This document shows, piece by piece, positions 13,731 through 26,872 of a stretch of 64,000 bases of DNA (its first letter is position 1; each line of letters opens with the position of its first letter). The position numbers were made by a program, and so were the translations under genes. This stretch comes from Eledone cirrhosa (taxonomy: Eukaryota), in NCBI GenBank assembly GCA_964016885.1, contig OZ024742.1, positions 282,224,001 to 282,288,000 of the forward strand. Reading direction: 5' to 3'. The notes below the pieces were generated by a model. That model saw only the letters and a list, made by a program, of their open reading frames with translations, had not been told where the DNA came from and made no database searches.

Positions 13731-13951
13731 GAGAAAACAGTGGATGCGATATATACGATAATGATGATGGTGGTAGAGTTGAAATAGGAATTAATAAAGA
13801 AACAATAGAATAGTATTGATCTTTATATTGTGGTAACGGATGGAGTGAATTAAATGAAACGGTTGTAGATCTCTGCTTGTGGGTAGTGATGGAGGTGGAG
13901 GTGACTATAAGTCTAATAGGTAGAGAGGTGTCTAAAGTATTTAGTAGATAA

Positions 13952-14157
13952 TGGTTTCTTATATAGGCACAAGGCCAGCAACTTGGGAGGAGGGGAAATT
14001 CGGTTAAATCGACCCCAGTGCGTGACTGGTACTTTATTTTACCGACTCCGTAAGGATGAAAGGCAAAGTTAACCTCGGCGAGATTTGAACTCAGATCATA
14101 AAGGGCCGTAACTTTATGCTGCAAAGCATGGTGTCCGACCCTCTACCGATACTGCAA
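13952..14157 (-). mobile_element. SINE family A copy
   Basis: Same core and head sequence on the minus strand. Confidence 0.85.
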
Positions 14158-14987
14158 TAAATAAAGGATTTCCTTTTATAAACAAACTGAGGGTCATGAT
14201 GATGATGAAGTAAGAGTAGATATGATAATCAAGAGAAAAGTGTGTATGGAAAGAAAGAGAGAAAAAGGAAAGAGGAGTCAGAAGACGTAAAAAAGAGGGG
14301 TAGGAAATGGACATAGTATATACGATGATGGTGATGATGATGAAGAAAAAATAGTGAAATTAATTAAATTAGCAAACGTTTGAGGTGGAAGTATAAACCA
14401 CAGAAATGTCAGTTTTTGTGATTATCTAAAAGTTTTCATTCGGTTTACTTGTTAGATGTGTGTGGGCGGGGGATACATATGTGAATATGTGTGGTGTGTT
14501 GTGGTAAATAAATATATATTTATATATATATATACACCAGGTCCGAACACAATGGAGCCAAACTCCCACTGTCACTGCCTCTGTTTTTCCCGCTCTCCCC
14601 ATCTTTCGCTATTGTAAGCAAATGGGGGCCCACACGCTGGCGGCCCTACGGCCCTGGCGAACAGGGTAGAGAAGGTGATACCTCGAAGGATGGTGAGGGA
14701 GTTGCGCTGGAAGAGCCATTCCAGTTAGCAAGGCTCACACCAGCGGGTAGCCAACTCTGTGCCGATGGTGGAGAGTAGGGATGTGATCCTAGGGTCAAGG
14801 ACGCCTAAAGTCTCCACTTCTAAGGTTTCCACTGTTTGAGGTTATGATGAATAGAAAATATCTTAGGCTGCATCTGTATGTGTGTACGTGTATGTGTGTG
14901 TTGCATGTGTGTGAGTATATGTATATGCATATATATGTAAGTATGAATATATATATATTCATGTATATGTAAGTATAAATATATATA

Positions 14988-15029
<42 letters not shown>

Positions 15030-15120
15030 TATAGAGAGAAACTCATACTTTCTCTCCCCGCTCTCACACACAGGCACACACACACACACACATACACGCG
15101 CGCGCGGGTGTGTGTGTGTA

Positions 15121-15172
<52 letters not shown>

Positions 15173-15676
15173 TGTGTGTGTTTGTGTGTTTGTGTGTGTG
15201 AGAGAGTGTGTGTATGTCTATGTGTATTTGTGTGTCTGTGTGTATATGTGTGAGTTTGTGTGTATTATACTTAAACGCTGCCTGAGGGCTATCGCCAATT
15301 AAATATAACAAGCCAAGCTCGCACTATATATGCAAATGACCATTCCCAGCCAATATTTTCTATTTTCTATATGCAAATGAGTATCTGAAGCACGCTCAAT
15401 TCTATATAGGCTATAATCTATTTCATGCCAGAATGTTTTGAGTGTCACTGAGGAAAGATTAACAAATCTTGAAACAGCGCTGCCTGACATTCTCAGAATA
15501 TAATGGCAATTCTGTAATATATTCATGGAGGAAAATAGAGAAAAATAAATGTTTTTCCTTTCATTTCATTACGAAACAATATTTTTCTTCGACAGTGAGG
15601 CTACCCATATGTTTATTGTATATAAACCCATTATATACGTTTTCAAATAGGCTCAAATGTAGTCATAGTGCTACCA

Positions 15677-15736
<60 letters not shown>

Positions 15737-16313
15737 AAATAAAGTTAAATAAAAAGTCAAATGTTTAAAATTTAGCTTCGTTTGTTACTGCTATATATAT
15801 TTCAGTGACAGCCATCTTTGGCTGTGACCTCTTCAGTAGCAACACAAGAAGATGTGAACTCCCCTCAAGCTATAGGGACTTCTACAGAACATGTAAACAC
15901 CTCTCGGCCAGACCTCCCTCAAGCTATATGGGCAGTAACAACACCCTAGGTTGTGAACTCCCCTCCAGCCATAGGGAACAACCCAGGCTGAGCAGACACC
16001 ATGATAGACTAGAGATTGAATCGGACACAGCCATTATAATTTGGCCAACATCTATATAACACAAACACTTTTTAATTTACTTGATTTCTGATTTTCAAGT
16101 TCCAATTTTAAATCTTGATTTCTCTTTATTAATTTGTTATTTGTTTTCTGCCCTCTTCACTGTATCACCTTATATTTATTTTTAAGTTGAGATTGATTAT
16201 AACACAAACACATTTTGTTTGATTATCTTATTTTAACATCTTGATCCTCATACCAATCTATCCAACATATTTCTGACCTTGAGATTGGTTATAGCACACA
16301 CACTCTTTATCCT

Positions 16314-16498
16314 AGTGGATTGGCAGAATCGGTAGAGGGTCGTACGCCATGCTTTCCAGCATAGTTACGTCCCTTTACGATCTGAGTTCAAATCCCGCCG
16401 AGGTTGACTTTGCTTTTCATCCTTACGGGGTCGATAAAATAAAGTACCAGTAATGCACTGGGTAATTTCTGGCCTTGTGCCTAAAGTAGAAATATTTA
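16314..16498 (+). mobile_element. SINE family A copy nested in the PLE-like cassette
   Basis: GTGGATTGGCAGAATCGG head, GAGTTCAAATCC B-box and the conserved core. Confidence 0.85.
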
Positions 16499-16734
16499 TT
16501 TTTCACTTCTCCATATTCATTTTCATTACTTTTTCACCAATTTTTCATTTATTCTTTATTCTTTATTCTCTATTTATTTATTTTCAAATTATACAAATTA
16601 TATTAATTTTATTATATTATTTATTTTCTGTTTTCTTCATTTATTGCCTTATATTTCTTCATATACATGGAAGAGTATTGACAAAATTATACACCTCAAC
16701 AACATATGTACTTGTGTATACCACACTAATTCAA

Positions 16735-16789
16735 ACTGCCTGAAGAGGTCACAGCCAAAGATGGCTGTCACTGAAATATATATAGCAGT
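16735..16789 (+). ncRNA. Canonical minimal type I hammerhead ribozyme, family H4
   Basis: actgc-CTGAAGA-ggtcacagcca-aaga-tggctgtcact-GAAA-tatata-TA-gcagt; core intact, stems I and II pair, helix III palindromic. Confidence 0.85.
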
Positions 16790-16935
16790 AATAAACGAAG
16801 CTAAATTTTAAATATTTGACTTTTTATTTAACTTTATTTTACATTACTCCGGAGTAACCAACCAACCTGCGCACTTCGTCGAGTGTTCCAGCCTGCATAC
16901 TGAGGTGTTGGTATACAACCAACATATACTCAAAA

Positions 16936-16972
<37 letters not shown>

Positions 16973-17282
16973 GTATAAATATGTTGGTAGATATACTAAT
17001 TCTTTATAATTATCTCCAAATTATTTGTTGAGCAAAAATTTGCCTGAATTACTGCTATGGTTCATAGTAATATTTTGGCTACTGTCTTTTTAACACCTCA
17101 CTCCTCACTGATTAACCTCGATGTCACGTAATTGATTCTTTTGAATTTGCCACTGACCGGGAAGGTATGAAATTTTCAGTGTCTTGAAATTTAGTCCGCG
17201 CTTGCTTCTTTTCCATTCACTGTATTATTTTTGTTTGAGATCCCTGTTTCCGCCTATCGCCAGGGATCTTAGCAGAGAATTG

Positions 17283-17359
17283 ACTCCCTGATGAAGAAAG
17301 GAATTATCCATGGTTTTTTCACTATGTATATCCCCTTTCAGAAACCAATTAGTTGGAGT
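17283..17359 (+). ncRNA. Type I hammerhead ribozyme, family H5
   Basis: actcc-CTGATGA-a-gaaagg..cctttc-a-GAAA-ccaattag-TT-ggagt; second copy at 24446-24528. Confidence 0.75.
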
Positions 17360-17520
17360 GAAACTTAAGTAAGTAAGTTAATTATTATAATTTTCTTATT
17401 TTACGTCTTTCATATATTGTTCTACATTTTTGAATTGAACCACAAAGTTACTAAGACAAAACCTATATCTTGCTAGCATAAGTATATTTTTGTATAAATA
17501 TGTTGGTAGATATACTAATT

Positions 17521-17588
<68 letters not shown>

Positions 17589-17756
17589 CCGTATTTCCCG
17601 GAGCCGAAGATGCTTAGTCCTCGAGGACGCATCCTAATTTTGACAACCAAAGATTTGCAAAAAGATAATAAATAACCTTCGGCCTCCAGGACACGTGGTA
17701 GATTTTTCAGACTTATTTTAGGAAAAAAGTAGCGTCTTCAATGCTGGTAAATACGA
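17589..17756. mobile_element. Tc/pogo-type MITE (CCGTATTT termini) in a TA context
   Basis: Imperfect TIRs ccgtatttcccgg..gaagatgc and gcgtcttc..ctggtaaatacga, flanked by TA. Confidence 0.6.
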
Positions 17757-17865
17757 TATATATATATATATGTGTGTGTGTGTGCATATATATATATATA
17801 AATATATGTTGATTTAAAACTGCACTATTCACAAGTGTCTTTTAACCTTCATATCATGTCTCCCT

Positions 17866-17935
17866 ATTTTATCTGAAGAAAACGCAAATGTCATCGCATG
17901 ATCATATTTATTTTTGGAAATGCGCATAATAAAAT
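17866..17935 (+). ncRNA. Minimal type I hammerhead ribozyme, family H1
   Basis: attttat-CTGAAGA-..-GAAA-tgcgca-TA-ataaaat; 7-bp stem I and palindromic helix III (ATGCGCAT). Confidence 0.75.
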
Positions 17936-17966
17936 ACATGGAACTCTTTTAACCATCTTTTGATCT

Positions 17967-18012
<46 letters not shown>

Positions 18013-18016
<4 letters not shown>

Positions 18017-18870
18017 AAAAGAATCAAGACCCCGACGGCAGAGCTCAAGCCGTTTCGACGGCTATTTCTGGACTAAATAAAATTTTTAGCGTAGTGCTGA
18101 TATGGCCGAACTCTTCAAGGGGTAATTCCATATATGGGTATGCGATAATCAGGCATTTCTGAGGGTAGTAATTATCAAAAGGGGTGGTCGAAGTTCCTTG
18201 TAATTAAATATTTCATGGAGGCGGGATGGGGGTGTGTGTAGCTGAACTTGTCTGTAGAACAAAGAGGGAGTAGGTGAAGCCGGTCAAGCGTTAAAAGTAA
18301 ATGCTATACCCCAATTTCTAAGGAGCGTGGATAAAGTAGGCTAGCTAAAAAGCAAGCGAAATTAGAATTATACAGGAATCTGAAAATGGGAAATTATAAA
18401 ATTACGAAACTAGTGTCTAAAACAAGAAAGCCGGGATTAATAAAATACATCTAATTCAGTACCCCGGGGCTTCATCTCATAACGGTAAAATACTAATAAC
18501 GATCCTCACCCACCCACCCCTAAAAAAGAAAACACCTGCTACATTTTTAGCTGGTGTTGTCTTTTCAGCCAATGCTATATTGATTTCACGGGGGTGGGGT
18601 TACTGAGGCTACAAAAACCCGACCACCCCTTTTGATAACTACAACCTTCAGAAATGCCTGATTATCGCATGCCCCTATATGGAATTACCCCTTGAAGAAT
18701 TTGGCTATATCAACACCACGCTAAAAATTTAATTTAGTCCAGAAATAGCCGTCGAAACAGCTTCAGCTCTGTCGTCGGGTCCTGACTCTTTTCCTATTAC
18801 CCACTCTACTACCCAAATTATCGAGTACTCTGGTGCGTTATGGTCCACCTGGTTCCTAAACACCCTTCCT
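18013..18870. mobile_element. Longest family X cassette: inverted arms (18013-18190 and 18620-18796), each with a complete HHR fold
   Basis: Minus 18029-18123 reads acccc-TTGAAGA-gttcggc..gccgtc-GAAA-cggc-ttgagctct-gccg-TC-ggggt; plus copy at 18687-18781. Confidence 0.75.
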
Positions 18871-19719
18871 TTGAACCTTGTTTTTAGTAACCACACAGCT
18901 CCTTAACTTTTTGTATTTACCGCTGTGACCCTACCTGCTTTGGTCGATCTGTGTTCCCTCCACACTTTCGCATCGACACTCCCTTCTCTCTTCCCTTCTC
19001 CTATATATATTCTCTATCCATCCGTTCGGTTTTGATTGTTGACAAGTTTACACATGCCGTGGTGGCGTCTCTGTCCGCAATCTTTGCAGCACGTTTTTAC
19101 CACCGTCGTAAAAAGCCCTTCTGGATTATCTCCTTTTCCCTTCTCCTCCTCTGGTTGCCCGTCTCTCTCCCACTTTCTCCTGTCTATGTGAGAAGCAGCA
19201 CGATTATACCAGCTCTGAGTCGTAGCTGACCACCAGGCTAAGTCTCCCAGGTTGGCCACAACTTACTTTCCCTATTTTTCCACGGTTACTTTTTGGGATG
19301 TTTCTTTCACTTGTGTTTTCCCACGATGGCACCTGTTCCTATTCCTCACCTATTCATTTCCTATTTTTCCCCTTTTCCCTTCTCCCTTTCTTTCTCTCTC
19401 ATCATCTCCCCCCCCCCCCCATGTTCTTCCTCCTTTCTCTCTCTTTCCTTTTCTCTCTCCTTTTTTTCTCCCCTTTTTTTCTCTCTTTCTCTCTCCACCT
19501 GGCCTTTTGATTAATAAAGGGCCTCGGGCACACCCGAACCACACCGATGACCTGTAATTAAGCGCCGAAACATCGGTTCGGGAAACATTTACAGCTGACG
19601 ATGGAAATTCCTTTCTTCCTTTCTCCTCCTGTTCCGTCCTAACCACCATCCTAAACCTTGTTTTTAGTAACCACACAGCTCCTTTCATTTTATAACTTTT
19701 TGTATATATATATATATAT

Positions 19720-20525
19720 AAATGTAATCTGAATTTTTCGAATATTAATAATAACATTCGATTCGTTTGCAATTATGCAAACAAGCCTCAATTTTATAGC
19801 CATGTCTGTAGAATGAACCCTTCATTCTTGCTCTTATGTTGGCATATGAACAGAATTGCAGACACTAATTTGTCATCAGTACAGCTCACTGTTCACCTGC
19901 CAAACTGTCAGAGCCAGTGAAAATATATGCTAATTTCAAAAATACACAGTGACTGACTGGCCTGATTTGCATATTAGCAGAATGGCTGATCAGTCAGATC
20001 TGCATATTAGCAGATCCACTGATCAGCCAGATTTTCATATCAGCAGACTGGCCACTCAGTTTCCTGTATGCGAGCGATAAATGGCCGGCTGAATACAATA
20101 AATGTAATCTGAGTTTTTCGAATATTAATAATAACATTCCACTGCTCACCTGCCAAACTGTCAGAGCTAGTGAAAATATATGCTATTTTCATAAATCCAC
20201 AGTGACTGACAGGCCTGATTTGCATATTGGCAGACTGGCTGATCAGTCAGATCTGCATGTTAGCAGAAGGGTTCATTCTACTGACATGGCTATAAAATTG
20301 AGTTTTGTTTGCATAATTGCAAACGAATCGAATGTTATTATTAAAATTCGAAACACTTTATGATCTGAGTTCAAATCCCGCCGAGGTTAACTTTGCCTTT
20401 CATTCTTACGGGGTCGATAAAATAAAGTACCAGTAATGTACTGGGTGATTGATGGCCTTGTGTCTAAAATAGAAACAATTATTAAAATTCGAAAAACTCA
20501 GATTACATTTATTGTATTCAGCCAT
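19720..20525. repeat. Complex fold-back element with inverted arms, internal direct duplications and a nested SINE
   Basis: 19721-19822 is inverted relative to 20267-20353 plus 20479-20510; 19885-20060 is duplicated at 20140-20265; partial SINE at 20358-20482 with ttattaaaattcgaaa on both sides. Confidence 0.75.
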
Positions 20526-20686
20526 GTAGAGCTAAATTTTCTTTTTTATATATACAATTATATATCCATCTTTCCCTCTCTCTGTCTATCTATATATATA
20601 TATATAAACATATATCGACTATATATATGTATATAGACTATATAGAGAGAGAGACAGAGAGAGAGAGAAAGATGGGTATATAAATT

Positions 20687-20739
<53 letters not shown>

Positions 20740-20741
<2 letters not shown>

Positions 20742-20834
20742 CGGAGGAGTTGTGGTAAGGAATCAGATGGACCATAACGCGCCAGAGTACTCAATACTTA
20801 GGGTAGTAGAGCTGCCTTCGGGGTCATACTCTCT

Positions 20835-20837
<3 letters not shown>
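20740..20837 (-). mobile_element. Family X 3' fragment in (TA)n
   Basis: Reverse complement of the ctctactaccctaagtattgagtactctgg..tggtccatctg tail. Confidence 0.75.
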
Positions 20838-20870
<33 letters not shown>

Positions 20871-21046
20871 GAAAGAAAGAGATAGTGAGATATTTAGAAT
20901 GAGAAATAGATATACATGCCGATACATGTATAGGTGTATGCATACATACATACGTACATACATACATACATACATACATACATACATACATACATACATA
21001 CATACATACATACATACATACATACATACATACGTACATACATACA

Positions 21047-21434
21047 TTGAAAACGTGTTCTGTTGTGGAGATCAGCTGCCCACTTGTGGTAAATGTTGTC
21101 AGAAAAATACAGGAGAAGGAGGACATCTACGGACCATTGATGAGGAGTTTACAAATCCAGTATCCAAGATACACCCTTAGCTTCATACCCATCATTATTG
21201 GAGCTACGGGTTATATACCAACCCGCTTGGACCAAAGTATGACTGAACTTGGATTTGCGGACAAAAAGCGCAGCTCCCTAATCCATAGTCTACAAATGGC
21301 TGCGATAGCTGGCACCTTCAAAATTTGCAAAACATTCTTGCGATTCAAGGGATGACAATTTCTTTTCTTTTACAACCTTGCCACCAGGAAGGTGGCCGGT
21401 CAAAAAAAATATACTCGAAATTAAGAGAAAGAGA
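21047..21434 (+). pseudogene. 5'-truncated RLE-type (R4/NeSL-like) LINE 3' end in (TACA)n
   Basis: VVEISCP..KIQEKEDIYGPL..FIPIIIGATG matches the restriction-like endonuclease C-terminus; (TACA)n on both sides. Confidence 0.75.
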
Positions 21435-21945
21435 TACATACATATATACATACATACGTACGTACAAACATACATACATACATACATACATACATACATA
21501 CATACATACATACATACATACATACATACATACGTACGTACAAACATACATACATACATACATACATACATACATACATACATACATACATACATACATA
21601 CATACATACATACATACATACATGTATATATTAATTGGTAGATTTTCTTTAAAACTAAATCAAAGCAGTTGTATTCGATCCAGTTTCCATCAGTTCAATG
21701 CTATATTTGCATTGATGTAGCGGAAATTAAACAAGCCAGCTGTGGAGGGAAATTTCTACAATATATAAAGAAATGGTTGAATTACATAACTCCGAGGTAT
21801 GTTCAACTAAAGAATGCCATTAAAATAGCTGTCAAATTTGACGGTATGGCTTATACAAATGACGAGGCAAATATTTGTATATGTGTTATATGTAGGTGTG
21901 GGTGTTTATATATACATATATGTGTGTGCATTTACACACACACAC

Positions 21946-22022
<77 letters not shown>

Positions 22023-22071
22023 TATATTATATATATATATATGTGTATGTATATGTATATATATATATATA

Positions 22072-22114
<43 letters not shown>

Positions 22115-22304
22115 TCACCCGTCCAACTCATCCACCCTGATAAACACTCTTATAATGTTGAGACATTCCTTTTCCTACAAGTGTGAAACTAATGCGACTT
22201 TGTATAATTTATGTGTGTTTGTGTGTGTGTGTAAGCAGTCTGATAGATGTCTCTCTCTCTCTCTCTCTCTCTCACTCTCTCTCTCTCTCTCTTTTTTTTT
22301 TCTT

Positions 22305-22392
<88 letters not shown>

Positions 22393-22394
22393 GG

Positions 22395-22421
<27 letters not shown>

Positions 22422-22425
<4 letters not shown>

Positions 22426-22603
22426 ATGTATGACCCCGACGGCAGAGCTCAAACCGTTTCGACGGCTATTTCTCGTTATTTCAGAAATAGCCGTCGAAAC
22501 GGCTTCAGCTCTGCCGTCGGAGTCATACATTTTCCTACTACCCTAAGTATTGAGTACTCTGGTGCGTTAAGGTCCATCTGGTTCTTTACCACACCTCCTT
22601 CGT
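22422..22603 (+). mobile_element. Family X fragment with a 113-bp hairpin
   Basis: Inverted arms at 22422-22473 and 22483-22534; flanked by (TA)n. Confidence 0.75.
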
Positions 22604-22806
22604 TATATATATATTTATACATATATCACAGAGGAAATGATGTTCTGTATGGAAATGAGCTTCGTCTTTCGAGGTTGATAAGCATTTAGCTTTGAAGACT
22701 CTTTTCCAACTATATCAAACTATATCAAACGTAAAGCTAATAAACTAATAATATATTTTTCCTTGTACTGTGTCGTTTGCTTCGTTAATTCTCTTTTATT
22801 GTTTGC

Positions 22807-22843
<37 letters not shown>

Positions 22844-22847
22844 CGTG

Positions 22848-22919
<72 letters not shown>

Positions 22920-22920
22920 C

Positions 22921-23024
<104 letters not shown>

Positions 23025-23029
23025 ATGCA

Positions 23030-23460
23030 CTCATATGAAGAATGGAAAATCCTTCGCTTCAATTTAGATAATCATATCTATGTAGAATTACATGTTGAAC
23101 TTTGGAAAAGTCATGCATACTTTTACTGTTCTGCTTAGAAGATATATTTACAAAGTTCGTGTTTGTTTTTCACTTCAATTGCCAGACAGAAAATCTTTGC
23201 TTTTCCAGATTACTGTGTGGAGATTTACTAACATAATCAAGGGCACGAATAATTATGGGTACAAATGTAAATTTACGATCTGGGTATATAGCTGTCGGTT
23301 TCGAAGCACATACGCATAAATATTATTGTTGTTATTGATTTTGGAAGAAATATTATTTTTCTCATTGATTTTGGAAGAAATATTCACATCTGCAGTGCAG
23401 CTGACCTCTATGCCCAAACATAATTTTTCTTTTCTGTCCGAAACAACAATAAGAGGCATG
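23030..23460 (-). pseudogene. Degenerate RLE-type LINE 3' fragment
   Basis: IVVSDRKEKLCLGIEVSCTADVNISSKINEK..KVCMTFPKF, similar to the 21047 and 62199 fragments. Confidence 0.6.
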
Positions 23461-23835
23461 CTATATTATATATATGTGTGTTTGCGTGTATATATGTATA
23501 TATGTATGCATGCATGCATGAATGTTTATATGAATGTATGTATATATGTATTTATGAATGTGTGTATGTATGTACGTAAACATACATGAATGTATGTACT
23601 ATATGTGTGTATGTGTATGTACGCGTATCTATGTATATGTGTATGTAGGTTACCCCCGACTAATAGTCCAAGTATTTCGCTAATAAATATAGCAGACTCC
23701 AGCCAAGGAACATTACTCCTTCATTCAAATTTAGGCAATTGTCAAATTGGCAGCCATGCGTATATACACAAGCGTGTGTGAATGTGTGTACGTGTATACG
23801 CACAGTCACAAACACCACAGGCAAGCATGCACACA

Positions 23836-23908
<73 letters not shown>

Positions 23909-23916
23909 GTATACAT

Positions 23917-24110
23917 ATCATCATCATCATCATCATTTTACGTCCGATTTTCCCTGCTTGCAAGGGTGGGACGGGAACTGATTCTGGCTTGATTTCTACA
24001 GCTGGATGCCCTTCCTAACACCAACCTCATTTACAGTGAGTGCTGGGTACTTTTTTCCGTGGCGCCTACACGTCCACTTTGCAGTGGATTGATAGGGACC
24101 CCAGTCCATA
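23917..24110 (-). mobile_element. RTE-related SINE fragment with a (GAT)n tail
   Basis: Minus strand has the GGTTGGTGTTAGGAAGGGCATCCAGCTGTAGAA motif and ends in (GAT)n. Confidence 0.55.
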
Positions 24111-24232
24111 TATGCACAGGATACCTCGGTCATGGGTACGTCAACACATACACACCCACTGGAATGTATGCATGCACAGACACATACATATATATGTAAT
24201 TTATACATGCACACACACACATAAATATATAT

Positions 24233-24264
<32 letters not shown>

Positions 24265-24305
24265 GTATGCAAACACATATGTGTGTGTGTGTCTGTATAT
24301 ATATA

Positions 24306-24386
<81 letters not shown>

Positions 24387-24445
24387 AATTAGTATATCTA
24401 GTAACATATATATACTCAGATGCATATTAACTTAGCTGAGAATAG

Positions 24446-24528
24446 ACTTCCCTGATGACGAAAGGCTTCTCTGTACGCTTCTTCGGAAAGTATGTTTATT
24501 CCCTTTCAGAAACTAATTAGTTGTGAGT
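24446..24528 (+). ncRNA. Type I hammerhead ribozyme, family H5, second copy
   Basis: CTGATGA-c-gaaagg..cctttc-a-GAAA-ctaattag-TT-gtgagt; the cassette lies between (TA)n tracts. Confidence 0.7.
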
Positions 24529-24572
24529 GAAATTTTAGTAAGTAAGTCAATTTATAATTTTCTTATTTTACG

Positions 24573-24735
<163 letters not shown>

Positions 24736-24736
24736 C

Positions 24737-24789
<53 letters not shown>

Positions 24790-24812
24790 CATATATATAT
24801 ATATATGTATAC

Positions 24813-24911
<99 letters not shown>

Positions 24912-24941
24912 GAGGGAGAGAGAAAGAGAGAAAGAGAACAA

Positions 24942-24989
<48 letters not shown>

Positions 24990-25159
24990 CAGGCACGGCT
25001 GTATGTTGAAGTAGCTCACTCGCATCTATATATATATATGACTAATGAAACAATTGTTAATACTGTAAATAAACCCTTTTTGTACAGCCATGTTATTCTT
25101 CACTCTTTCACTATATATATATATGTGTGTGTGTGTTTTGCGAGGTTTTGATATGAAAT

Positions 25160-25340
25160 CGTGTGTTCCCGGGGGTTCAAATGGGATACCACAGTAAGTA
25201 AGGTACTCAATAAATAGTAGAGTACAAATATTTAATATAGAAATGGCATCTACAGGATTAGAACTGTTTCAGCCGAAGGAGATTTTCCTGATGACTTCCT
25301 TCGAATGAACAGTTCTAGTCCTGTAGACGCCATTTCTATA
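25160..25340. mobile_element. PLE-like fold-back fragment with a hammerhead fold, family H6
   Basis: Inverted arms at 25236-25280 and 25297-25340; ttc-CTGATGA-cttc-cttc-gaat-GAA(A)-cag..ctg-TA; related copy at 29381-29500. Confidence 0.6.
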
Positions 25341-25459
<119 letters not shown>

Positions 25460-26804
25460 AATAATACAAGAACGATTTGTTAAGACTTCATTACGCTTAT
25501 TGATTGTTTACAGTCCCTGGATATATATCTATCTATACACACACACACACACACACACATTAATATATATATATATATATATATGTGTGTGTATGTATAT
25601 ATATATATATAAGTGTGTGTGTGTGTTTGCATACATATATATATACACACACACACACAGACATATATATATTTATGTGTGTGTGTGAATGTATAAATTA
25701 CATATATATGTATGTGTCTGTGCATGCATACATTCCAGTGGGTGGGTATGTGTTGACGTACCCATGACCGAGGTATCCTGTGCATATAAATGAAATTTAC
25801 CTTAGTCATATTGATCAACACTTTTCCCACAGTGAAATTTAGTAGACGGAAATTATGTGGAAGCCCATCAAATGGATTGCAGAACACCTTTAATACTTAT
25901 TTACCTCTTATTTATTGACTCTCGAAACTATGAAGAGCAATGTTGACCTTGCCAACATTAATCTTAAAGTACAGAGAGCTGGCACAAATATCGCAAGACA
26001 TTTCATTCGACACCCTAACGACTGTGACCATTCTCCGCCTATTACTCGATAAAAGTACATTTATCGATGAAGCGATTTTTTTTTTTTTTTTTTATTAAAG
26101 GTGAGGGTCCAGGTGGAATTGAGGTTGGAAATCGGAAAGGATGTTATCTTAGTCTTTCTTTTTCTTTCTCTATCTCTGAAGAGTTCACAATCTTGTCTTT
26201 ACAATTCGCCATTACCTCGGTAATTAAATCTTATTCACACGTCTTCCATTGTAGAAAATCCTAAATGGTCTGGCTATGTTGTTGGAATTTTTATCATCAT
26301 TTTAGAATAGAAAGGAAAAGAAGAAAGAGAGAAAAGGAGAGAGGAAGAAGAAATAAATAAACAGTGAAGACAGGAAGACAGAAAAAACTTACAGAGAAAC
26401 CTAGACAGTAGTGATATATATATGTGTGTGCGTGCGTGTGTGTGTGTATGTGCGTGCATGTGTGTGTATGTACGCGTGTGTGTGCGTGTGTGTTTAGTGA
26501 AAGAGTCAACAATAAGCAAAAAGCGCTCTCTGTATAAACAAAGTTACTTTATGATTCGTACTCATGTAAATTATTGCGCAACCTTTGGTTTCATGATCTG
26601 ACAATATTGCGTGATCGCAATCGTTGTTAGTTCAGCTCTCTCATGTGGCGCCTAATTACAATTGTCTGAACGACATTTGGTGAAATGTGTTACGAGATAT
26701 TATGAAAGGTATCTTCACGTTTCGGTCTCTAGTTCTTCTCAGATATTAGAAAGGGGTATAGATGATGTTTGGGGAAGTGATTGAATTGAAGACTAACGAA
26801 AGTT

Positions 26805-26872
<68 letters not shown>

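Larger units (their letters stand above)
15736..16935 (+). mobile_element. PLE-like cassette with ~100-bp inverted arms (15736-15836 and 16740-16840)
   Basis: Arms are reverse complements and carry the HHR core; (TA)n on the left, (TC)n/(TA)n on the right; SINE inserted at 16314-16498. Confidence 0.75.

Noticed and set aside
22686-22740. Hammerhead fold (ttagct-TTGAAGA..CAAA-cg-TA-aagctaa)
   Set aside because: Stem II is absent and GAAA is mutated; too decayed to call, though possibly a remnant
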